64,000 nucleotides of DNA from Actinomycetota bacterium. GTDB lineage: Bacteria; Actinomycetota; Acidimicrobiia; Acidimicrobiales; Aldehydirespiratoraceae. Made by a program: the position numbers and the translations under genes. Position 1 is the stretch's first letter; each line of letters opens with the position of its first letter. The notes below the pieces were generated by a model. It had not been told where the DNA came from. It searched no databases and was given only the letters and a program-made list of their open reading frames with translations. This document shows, piece after piece, positions 26,041 through 33,908 of this stretch. The stretch is taken from NCBI GenBank assembly GCA_029979265.1, contig JAPOHW010000017.1:3047-67046 (forward strand), read 5' to 3'.

Positions 26041-26511
26041 CTACTCGCCGAGGAGCTGTTTGGCTGCGTTGCCCACACGGTTGTTCAGGTTGGCCTGACC
26101 GGCGACGAGGATCAGCTCGGCCAATTCCGCTTCGCCGAAATGAAATCGCAGTTCCTCGATCAGCAGCGGGGGGAGCGCCGAGGAGTCTCCCGACACTGCG
26201 TCGGCCAACTCGAGGACGGCCCGTTCTTCGTCGTCGAAGATGTCGGCCCAGGCGTCGGGTGTCAGCACGGCGTCGATCTTTTCGTCGCTCACTCCTCGTT
26301 GCCTCGCCGAGACAACATGACTGTCGAGTCAAGTGGGGCAGGCGTTCACGACCGAACTGCGAAGGAACACCAGCTCTTTCAACGTCGCAGCAACCGTCCG
26401 GTCGTCGGACCACAGGGCTTTCCCCCACGACTGATACTCGTCTCCCAGTCCCTCGACCCTGAACAGGGTGTAGGCCAGCGGTGACCCGGTGAGCTTCGGT
26501 CGGATGTTCAT
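26041..26511 (-). CDS. AhpD/carboxymuconolactone-decarboxylase-like protein with an in-frame TGA (candidate selenocysteine, CxxU)
   Basis: Two same-frame ORF pieces are joined through the TGA at 26331..26329. Read-through gives 156 aa with VVNAC-P-T-[TGA]-L-D-S-H, matching C-x-x-C-x-x-x-H. ATG at 26511 has GAGGAA upstream. Confidence 0.6.
26298..26316 (-). promoter_or_regulatory. SECIS-like stem-loop 12 nt downstream of the in-frame UGA
   Basis: The mRNA GUUGUCUC-GGC-GAGGCAAC forms 8 bp including one G.U pair, with a G-rich apical loop. Confidence 0.45.
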
Positions 26512-26525
26512 GATCCCAGTATTCC

Positions 26526-27359
26526 TCAGCCGACGGTGATGAGTGCGACTGCCACGCTCGCCAGTGCAAGCCCGACACCCTGCCACCATCGCAGTGGTTG
26601 CCGGTGGACGAGCACGCCGAGCAGAACGGCAACCGCGGGGTACTGCGAACCCATGACACTGACCACGGCGAGATTCCCACCGGCATGGATCGCGAGAACG
26701 AAGAGGATGATTGCCGTGGTGGCGAACATGCCGACGGTGAACGAGGTCCACCGATCTTGTCGGCGTGCCGGGAAGATTCGGGGCCCGGTCAGACGGGTGA
26801 CGGTGACGGCGATCACGAGCCCGACCAGGCGTTGGACGAACAACGGTGAACCGCCGGCGTCGGGGCCGATCTCGGCCAGAAGGATCAGCAAGATGCCGAA
26901 AACGACGCCGGCAACAACGGCAATGCTGACGGTGTACCGATCGTCCTTGCCGTCCTCGGGTTGGTAGGAGGTGAATCCGATGGCGGTCAGACCGAGCGCA
27001 ATCCCTGCCCACACGACAGTGCTCGGTACCGACCCGACGGTGAGGTTCCACAGCACCGGCACCGCTGACATGACGACCCCTGCTGTCGGTGCCGCCGAAC
27101 GGAGGCTCCCGCGCGAGTAGGCGTAGTAGAGGAGCAAGATGCCGACTCCATTGGCTGCGCCGCCCAGCGCGCCGAACACGAGATCTCGCACGCTTGGGTC
27201 GCCGGGCCAGGCGAGTGCGAGCACGGCGGTGAGGATGGTCCCTGACGCGAACATGCCCGACGTGACCTCGTGCGACCGGGTCGACTTGGTGGCACCGGCG
27301 GCCAGGTGTTCACCGGTCCCGATCGAGAACGTGCACAGGAGTGCGAGAAGGAGCGCCAT
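26526..27359 (-). CDS. DMT/EamA-like membrane transporter
   Basis: 277-aa polytopic protein in the same operon as the flanking minus-strand genes (gaps of 14 and 35 nt). Confidence 0.7.
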   Translation of the reverse strand: MALLLALLCTFSIGTGEHLAAGATKSTRSHEVTSGMFASGTILTAVLALAWPGDPSVRDLVFGALGGAANGVGILLLYYAYSRGSLRSAAPTAGVVMSAVPVLWNLTVGSVPSTVVWAGIALGLTAIGFTSYQPEDGKDDRYTVSIAVVAGVVFGILLILLAEIGPDAGGSPLFVQRLVGLVIAVTVTRLTGPRIFPARRQDRWTSFTVGMFATTAIILFVLAIHAGGNLAVVSVMGSQYPAVAVLLGVLVHRQPLRWWQGVGLALASVAVALITVG

Positions 27360-27394
27360 CGAGTGGTCCGAGCGTCAGTCGGTGTGGCCGACCG

Positions 27395-28141
27395 TCACAT
27401 CCGGTAGTCAGGGTCGGTGCGATCGAGCTGCGCCATGCGCTGGGCGAAGTGTGCGTCTCCGAGTCCACTGAAGCGCTTCCAACCCGTAGCGACCTTGGTG
27501 GCCAGTTCGTCGTCGAGCACGCGCAGAGGTTGGCCGGTGGAGTAGGCGAGCACGAGGTTCTGACAGGCCCGCTCGAGGTAGTACATCGACTCGAACGCTT
27601 CGGCCACGGTCTGACCGACGGTGGTCACACCGTGATTGCCCATCATCAGCACGCTGTTGTCGCCGAGGACGCCGGCGAGACGGCGGCCCTCCTCGGTGTC
27701 GTCGGCGATCCCGCCGAACTCGAGGTCGTAGGCAACCTCCCCAAAGAAGCGGGCCGTGTTCTGATCGATGGGGAGGATGGTCGGGTCAGCGAGCGACGCA
27801 ATCGCCGTGGCGTATGGCGGGTGGAGATGGAGAAGGACGCGAGCCCGGGGTGTTGTGGCGTGGATCTGGCCGTGGATGGCCCACGCCGACGGATCTGGAG
27901 CGTCCGGCCCGTCCATCACCGAGGCATCGTCGGCGTCGAGCAGTAGGAGTTCGGACGCCCGGATCTCGCCGAAATGCTTCCAGCACGGATTCATGAGAAA
28001 GGTTCGTCCGTCGTCGGACACGGCGGCGCTGAAGTGGTTGGCGACGCTCTCGTGCCACCCCTCGTGGACGGCGAGACGGAAGGCGGCGGCAAGTTCGATT
28101 CGGAGTCGCTCCTCGTCGGTCTCGATGCCGTGTTCACGCAT
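27395..28141 (-). CDS. Class II aldolase/adducin family protein
   Basis: 248 aa. Motifs AIHGQIH, HLHPPYATA and MGNHGVTTVG. Confidence 0.85.
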   Translation of the reverse strand: MREHGIETDEERLRIELAAAFRLAVHEGWHESVANHFSAAVSDDGRTFLMNPCWKHFGEIRASELLLLDADDASVMDGPDAPDPSAWAIHGQIHATTPRARVLLHLHPPYATAIASLADPTILPIDQNTARFFGEVAYDLEFGGIADDTEEGRRLAGVLGDNSVLMMGNHGVTTVGQTVAEAFESMYYLERACQNLVLAYSTGQPLRVLDDELATKVATGWKRFSGLGDAHFAQRMAQLDRTDPDYRM

Positions 28142-29138
28142 CGGCGATCACCTCGCCGGTGTCATCCGCATCGGGAGTGGCCCGTCGCCGGGTCTTCATC
28201 GTCTCGTGGGCTTCGAGGCTCCCGTCGTGGAATGTGCCGAACCACTTGTCCATCGGGAGGAGCAGCATCCCGTAGTTCACCTCGAAGTACCGATGATGGA
28301 GGTTGTGGAAGAGGTCGCCGCCGTGGACGGTGTGGCGTTTGCCGATGCGGAACCGGTGAAAGCCGGAGTGCGACGGCGACGGTGAGAGCATGAGGTAGAC
28401 GAGGCTGAAGGTGACGAGGAAGGGCGAGCCGGGGATGACGAGGAACACGAATGGCAACGACAGGTAGAGGAGGTGTTCGCCGGGGTGCATCGAGATGCCC
28501 GTCCACGGCCCCGTATTGACGTTGCGGTGATGGAGAGCATGGAACCAGCGGTAGAGGGGGTCGACATGCAGGAGTCGATGGTTCGCGTAGAAGTGGACGC
28601 CCTCGATGAAGAAGACGGCGATTGTCATCAGGGCGATCGCCCACAGGGCGTCGAGTTGGCCGATCGCCTTGTCGGCGTACAGACCGAACATGACGCTCTC
28701 GTAGAACGCAGCGATGCCGCCGCCACTGACGAGCGTCCAGAACATGTTGTCGCGGGTCTGGTCGTCGAACGTGAAACTCTTGCGGTTCGTGGCGAGCCAT
28801 CGGCCCTCGTATTTGAACTCCATCCCCTGGGCCCGCCGGATGTGGAGCCAGTAGTGCTGACCGCCGATCACCACCAGCATCAAGGCGACGTTTCGGGCCC
28901 ACAGAATCGACACGTCGTCGATGCCGAGCGTCGCGAAGCGGTCGAGGCCCGGGGTGAAGACGTGGTACGTCAGTGCACCGATGCCGATCCACAGCAGCGA
29001 TTGGGGCCACAGGAACGCCGTGATGAACCAGGTGACCATCGCTCCCGGACGCGACGGCGACTGGAAGATTGGCGGCACGTCGAACGGCTCGGGGTCGTAG
29101 CCGTTCGTTCGCTGCAATCTGGTCCGGGGTGCAGTCAT
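28134..29138 (-). CDS. Fatty acid hydroxylase / sterol desaturase superfamily membrane protein (paralog of 12507..13496)
   Basis: His boxes HFYANHRLLH, HALHHRNVNTGPWTGISMHPGEH and HNLHHRY. Start is ATG 29138 or 29147. Confidence 0.8.
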   Translation of the reverse strand: MTAPRTRLQRTNGYDPEPFDVPPIFQSPSRPGAMVTWFITAFLWPQSLLWIGIGALTYHVFTPGLDRFATLGIDDVSILWARNVALMLVVIGGQHYWLHIRRAQGMEFKYEGRWLATNRKSFTFDDQTRDNMFWTLVSGGGIAAFYESVMFGLYADKAIGQLDALWAIALMTIAVFFIEGVHFYANHRLLHVDPLYRWFHALHHRNVNTGPWTGISMHPGEHLLYLSLPFVFLVIPGSPFLVTFSLVYLMLSPSPSHSGFHRFRIGKRHTVHGGDLFHNLHHRYFEVNYGMLLLPMDKWFGTFHDGSLEAHETMKTRRRATPDADDTGEVIADA

Positions 29139-29203
29139 CGCATGCATACTGGACGCCCGTCCAGGGGGAGGCAACCCGAGAAGCATCCGATGACGGTTCG
29201 GCG

Positions 29204-30361
29204 ATGAGCGACTTCCGCCCTGAGGTGCAGCGGGCGCTCCCGGCGCTCGTTGCAAGCCGGTTCGCAGTGAACGTGGCGATGCGGATGGGCTACACCTTCC
29301 TTCCGGCGTTTGCTCGCGGGGCGGGTCTGAGTGTCGGGGCAACGAGTGCTGTGCTCAGTGCCCGTGAACTCACGGCGTTGAGTGCACCGCTCATGGGCCG
29401 ATGGAGTGATCGGTGGGGCGCCATCCGGGTCATGGGGGTCTGCGGGCTCGTCGCCGGTACCGGCCTGTTGATCGCAACGCTCGGTGCCCCCGGCCTCGTC
29501 GTCGGATTTGTGATCCTCGGAATTGGACGCACCGCCAATCAGGTGGCGCTCAATGCCTGGGTCGGCTCGGTCGTCGCCTACGAACGACGAGGGCGGGCCA
29601 CCGGGCTGGTCGAGCTCACGTGGGGTGGTGCGGCGCTGGTCGGTCTTCCCCTGGTCGGCCTGCTCATCGATGGTGTCGCCTGGTGGGCTCCGCAGGCTGT
29701 CCTGGGCGTGTTGTTGCTCGTGGTCGGTGTCACCATTCTGCAACGCGCGTCGCGTGAGCAGTTGGTGGTCTCTGCGCCGACTCGCAAGCCGCAGATGACC
29801 CGTCCGGCCGTGGCCGCCCTGGTCACGAATGGTGCACTTACGGCATCAGCCCAATTCTTGTTTCTGACCCATGGCCTGTGGCTCGAGGACGTCTACGGCC
29901 TCGACACCGCCGAGATCGGTCTGGCTGTCCTGGCCGTCGGCGCAGTGGAAGTGGTTGCGACTCTCGGCTCGAGTCGGCTCACCGACCGGGTCGGGAAGCG
30001 GCGGTCGATCATCGGTGGCGCGTTGCTGATGACGCTGATGATCGCCGTCCTCGGTGCGGTCGACGCCCCTCCCCTCGGTCTCGGCCTGGCTGTCCTCGCC
30101 GTTGCCTTCCTCGGGTTCGAGTACGGGATCGTGTCGGCGATCCCGTTGCTGTCGGAACTCGACCCGGGAGCACGAGCCCAGATGGTCGGCCGCGCCGTGC
30201 TGGTGACAACCCTGGTCCGAGCGCTGATCACCCCTCTCGCAACCCTCCTCTACATCGAGGCTGGGTTCGCCGTGACGATGTTCACCGCCGCCGGCTGCGG
30301 AACGGCTGCAGTGGTCCTCGCCATGTGGGCGATGGTCGAGCCGGCGGGTTCCGGCGCATAG
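29204..30361 (+). CDS. MFS transporter
   Basis: 385 aa with about 12 hydrophobic segments and an MFS-type loop motif (GRWSDRWG). Confidence 0.8.
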   Translation: MSDFRPEVQRALPALVASRFAVNVAMRMGYTFLPAFARGAGLSVGATSAVLSARELTALSAPLMGRWSDRWGAIRVMGVCGLVAGTGLLIATLGAPGLVVGFVILGIGRTANQVALNAWVGSVVAYERRGRATGLVELTWGGAALVGLPLVGLLIDGVAWWAPQAVLGVLLLVVGVTILQRASREQLVVSAPTRKPQMTRPAVAALVTNGALTASAQFLFLTHGLWLEDVYGLDTAEIGLAVLAVGAVEVVATLGSSRLTDRVGKRRSIIGGALLMTLMIAVLGAVDAPPLGLGLAVLAVAFLGFEYGIVSAIPLLSELDPGARAQMVGRAVLVTTLVRALITPLATLLYIEAGFAVTMFTAAGCGTAAVVLAMWAMVEPAGSGA

Positions 30362-30399
30362 TCCTGCGCCAACAAGAATATGCCAGACTTACCGGCACT

Positions 30400-31434
30400 A
30401 TGCCGACGCGACCGGACCTTGTGCTCAGGGGTGCTCACAGCTCGCCCTACAGCCGCAAGATCCGAGCCGTGCTGCGCTACCGCCACATCCCGCACCAGTG
30501 GGTGGTTCGAGGCATGAAGGGCGACGACATGCCACCCGGCCCAGTGCCGGTCATTCCGGTCATCGGCTGGCGCAATGACGACGGCAGCTACCGGGACGTG
30601 ATGGTTGATTCCTCCCCGCAGATCACCAAACTCGAAGTGGAGTACGTCGGTCGCAGCATCGTCCCGACGGATCCGGCCACCGCGTTCTTGGACTTCGTGC
30701 TCGAGGATTTTGCCGACGAGTGGCTCACCAAGGCCATGTATCACTACCGGTGGGCGAACGAGGAAGACACCGAGAAGTCGGGTCGGTTGCTCCCACTCGA
30801 CGCGTCGCTGCAGTTGCCCGACGAGCGAGCGGCCGCCGCCCACGACATGATCATCGACCGGCAGGTCGGCCGCCGAGCACTCGTCGGCTCGACCGACGCG
30901 AATGCAGCGATGATCGAGCGATCCTATGAACGCACACTCGACGCGCTTCAGGCCCACCTGGCCGGTCAGACATTCCTGTTCGGCGATCGACCCGGACGCG
31001 CCGATTTCGCGCTGTTCGGCCAACTGACCCCTCTGCTGTGGTGGGATCCGACCCCGGCGGCCGTGGCGGTGGAACGCGCCCCCCGTGCACTCATGTGGGT
31101 CCAGTGGCTCGACGACCTCTCGTGGTGGCCGGTCGATGACGACGACGGGGGCTGGCTCGACCTCGAGCAGGTCGCGGCCACGACCCGGACCCTGTTCGAA
31201 GAGGCGGGACGAACCTATGCGCCGTTCATGGTCGCGAACGCCGAAGCACTTGCGTCGGGTGCCGACGAGGTCGTGTGCGACATGGAGGGTGGCCGGTACC
31301 GGCAACCGCCCTTCCGGTACCAGGGCAAATGCCTCGACTGGATCCGTGACGAGTACCACGCATTGAGCGAGACCGACCGAGCTCGAGTCGACGGGTTCCT
31401 TGCCGGTACCGGCTGCGAGTGTCTGATCCCATGA
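30400..31434 (+). CDS. GST-like protein with thioredoxin-fold N-domain and a long C-terminal extension
   Basis: 344 aa. SPYSRKIRAVLRY N-domain and GDRPGRADFALFGQL GST_C-like segment. Paralog at 32126..33154. Confidence 0.75.
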   Translation: MPTRPDLVLRGAHSSPYSRKIRAVLRYRHIPHQWVVRGMKGDDMPPGPVPVIPVIGWRNDDGSYRDVMVDSSPQITKLEVEYVGRSIVPTDPATAFLDFVLEDFADEWLTKAMYHYRWANEEDTEKSGRLLPLDASLQLPDERAAAAHDMIIDRQVGRRALVGSTDANAAMIERSYERTLDALQAHLAGQTFLFGDRPGRADFALFGQLTPLLWWDPTPAAVAVERAPRALMWVQWLDDLSWWPVDDDDGGWLDLEQVAATTRTLFEEAGRTYAPFMVANAEALASGADEVVCDMEGGRYRQPPFRYQGKCLDWIRDEYHALSETDRARVDGFLAGTGCECLIP

Positions 31435-32129
31435 GCGGTGACGTCGCATTGTTCGGTCACTGGATCTGCCCGTTCTCGACCCGAGTCGAGTGGGCACTGC
31501 ATCAACGAGGGATCGAACACACCCTTGTGCCGGTGCCACCCTCGGCGGCCCGTCCCCCCGATTTCGTCGTCCCGCAGGAGTTCCTCGACCACAGCCCGAA
31601 GCTCGAAGTGCCGATGGTGCGTGTGGGTCAGGACTACCGGGCCGACTCGATTCCGGTGCTGGAGTGGCTGGAGGAACGGATCGATGCACCGAGTCTGCTG
31701 CCGACCGACCCGTCGGCGCGCACGCTGGTCCGTCAACGCGTCACCTGGATCGACGAGCACGCCTTCCGGCCCATGATCGGCGTCTACTACGGCGTCGACC
31801 CGGTGCGCATCGAACGGGCAGGCCAGCGACTCATCGACGCCCTCGAGACAATGGGTGACTGGGCGACGACGACAGGATGGCTGGCCGGCAACGAGCCGAC
31901 GATCGCAGACGCGGTCGCGCTGCCGATTCACGTTCGTCTCCAGGGCCTGCAGCGCCTCGGGCTTTCGGCACCGATACCCCCATCGTGGAACACCTACGGC
32001 GAGCGCTGCCGCGAACTCCCGAGCTGGGACCCAGTCGAATGGACCCAGGGTCAAGAAGACGAGTTCGTGGGGCGGTTCGAGTCGTTCCGTCGGGTGCAAC
32101 GACGCAAACAGGAAGAAGGGAATCCATGA
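31431..32129 (+). CDS. Glutathione S-transferase, Cys-type (CPFS active-site motif, omega/Grx2-like)
   Basis: ATG at 31431 overlaps the upstream stop (ATGA). WICPFSTRVEWAL motif and GST_C-like second half. Confidence 0.8.
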   Translation: MSGDVALFGHWICPFSTRVEWALHQRGIEHTLVPVPPSAARPPDFVVPQEFLDHSPKLEVPMVRVGQDYRADSIPVLEWLEERIDAPSLLPTDPSARTLVRQRVTWIDEHAFRPMIGVYYGVDPVRIERAGQRLIDALETMGDWATTTGWLAGNEPTIADAVALPIHVRLQGLQRLGLSAPIPPSWNTYGERCRELPSWDPVEWTQGQEDEFVGRFESFRRVQRRKQEEGNP

Positions 32130-33154
32130 CCGATCATCCCCTCGTGCTGTGCGGGGCCTACGGCTCGCCGTACAGCCTCAAGATGCGGGCCGTCCTTCGC
32201 TACCGACACATTCCCTTTCGATGGGTGTTGCGTGACTCGAAGTGGGACGACCTTCCAACAGCACCGGTTCCGATCATCCCGGTCATCGTGTACCCGAACG
32301 CCGACGGCTCACACGGTGAAGCGACAGTCGATTCGTCACCGCAGATCATGCGGCTCGAACGCGAGTACGACGGTCGCAGCGTCGTGCCGACGGACCCGGC
32401 GCTGGCGTTCATCGATGGGCTGCTCGAAGACTTCGGTGACGAGTGGCTCACCAAGGCGATGTACCACTACCGCTGGGCGTACGACGACGACATCGACAAG
32501 GCGGGCCACCTCCTTCCAACCTCGCGGAGTCTCGAGATGGACAGCGATCGGGCGCAACAGATGTACGACGTCATCACGCAGCGCCAGATCGGCCGCCGCG
32601 AGCTCGTGGGGTCGACCGACCTCAACGCGCCCATCATCGAAGCGTCCTACGAGCAGGTCCTCGACGCACTGACTGCGCTGTTCTCCACCCGCGACTTCCT
32701 GCTCGGTGATCGGCCCGGCCGCGGTGATTTCGGCATTTTCGGGCAACTGACCCAGCTCGTGAAGTGGGATCCGACCCCGACGGCGATCGCAGCGAGACGG
32801 GCACCGAAGGTGATCACCTGGGTCGATCGCCTCGACGACAGCAGCTGGTTGCCGGTCGAGGGCGACCACGGATGGATCGACGTCGACGACCTGCCCGAGG
32901 GAACGAGACGCCTGCTCGCCGAGGCGGGGCGGTCATACGCCCCGTTCATGGTGGCCAATGCCCAGGCGTTGCTGGGCGGCGGAGACGAGGTGGTCTGCGA
33001 GATCGATGGTCGGACCTACCGCCAAGGTCCGTTCAAGTACCAGGGGAAGTGCCTCGAGTGGCTACGAGCCGACTATGCGGCCCTGCCCAGCGACGCTCGC
33101 AGCCGTGTCGACGCTGTTCTTGCCGGAACGGGCTGCGAGGTGATGTTCGCCTGA
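32126..33154 (+). CDS. GST-like protein, paralog of 30400..31434
   Basis: ATG at 32126 overlaps the upstream stop (ATGA). It is colinear with the first paralog (SPYSLKMRAVLRYRHIPFRW, EDFGDEWLTKAMYHYRWA, YQGKCLEWL). Confidence 0.75.
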   Translation: MTDHPLVLCGAYGSPYSLKMRAVLRYRHIPFRWVLRDSKWDDLPTAPVPIIPVIVYPNADGSHGEATVDSSPQIMRLEREYDGRSVVPTDPALAFIDGLLEDFGDEWLTKAMYHYRWAYDDDIDKAGHLLPTSRSLEMDSDRAQQMYDVITQRQIGRRELVGSTDLNAPIIEASYEQVLDALTALFSTRDFLLGDRPGRGDFGIFGQLTQLVKWDPTPTAIAARRAPKVITWVDRLDDSSWLPVEGDHGWIDVDDLPEGTRRLLAEAGRSYAPFMVANAQALLGGGDEVVCEIDGRTYRQGPFKYQGKCLEWLRADYAALPSDARSRVDAVLAGTGCEVMFA

Positions 33155-33172
33155 ACCGAACCCCGGCTGCGC

Positions 33173-33880
33173 TCACCAGCTGGGAACGCAGTCGAGGAAC
33201 TCGAGCGCAGCGTCGATGAATCCGAACTGTTTGGGCAGCGAGAAATGGTCGACCCCCGGCAGGATCGTCACCTCGACATTGGGCAGGAGTTCGGCCAGTG
33301 GTTCGGGCGGACCGGCGAAGTCCTCGGAGCCGATCACCAGCAAGACCGGTTGCGTCACGGTGGCGAGTTGTTCAGCGGTGAAGTAGCGATCGGTACGGGC
33401 CGATTGTGCCTCCCCAACCTTCTGCAACACGGCGGCCGCCTCCTCACCGGCGCTGCGAAGCAGCCCTTCGAAGCGATAGTCGGCACCGGCCCGGTCGGAC
33501 TCGTCGCCCAGCGCCGAACCCTCGATCAGATTGCGGCCCACACCGCTCAGCACGAGCCGCCGGACGAGCTGCGGATGGCGCAGCGTCAGGTCGAGCGCGG
33601 TGCGAGCGCCGAGCGAGTACCCGACGATGTCGATCTGACGACCGTCGTCGACCCCGAACGGCAGTTGATCGACGACCGGGGTCACGAGGTCGCGGTAGGC
33701 CTCGACCTCGTCGGGTTTGTCGGCCTCGCCGTGACCCAAGAGGTCATAGCCGAGCGGACGACGGCCACCTTCCTTCACGAGCTCGAACCAGCCGGGTTCG
33801 ACCCACGTCATCTGGGTGGAGGTTGCCCACCCGTGGAGAAAGACGATGGGAACGGGTGCTTCCGTCGACCAGATGCTCAT
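33173..33880 (-). CDS. Alpha/beta hydrolase
   Basis: 235 aa. FLHGW oxyanion region and nucleophile elbow GYSLGA. Confidence 0.8.
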   Translation of the reverse strand: MSIWSTEAPVPIVFLHGWATSTQMTWVEPGWFELVKEGGRRPLGYDLLGHGEADKPDEVEAYRDLVTPVVDQLPFGVDDGRQIDIVGYSLGARTALDLTLRHPQLVRRLVLSGVGRNLIEGSALGDESDRAGADYRFEGLLRSAGEEAAAVLQKVGEAQSARTDRYFTAEQLATVTQPVLLVIGSEDFAGPPEPLAELLPNVEVTILPGVDHFSLPKQFGFIDAALEFLDCVPSW

Positions 33881-33908
33881 CGTCGGTTCCTCCCCGTCGG
33901 TGTTGCTG

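Noticed and set aside
26041-26511. Interpretation of the split AhpD-like gene as an ordinary nonsense pseudogene, or as two small genes
   Set aside because: I have not fully excluded this, but judge it less likely. The single stop is a TGA exactly at the redox-active second position of CxxC, the frame is otherwise intact, and a suitably placed hairpin follows. Neither fragment alone would form a complete AhpD-like domain.
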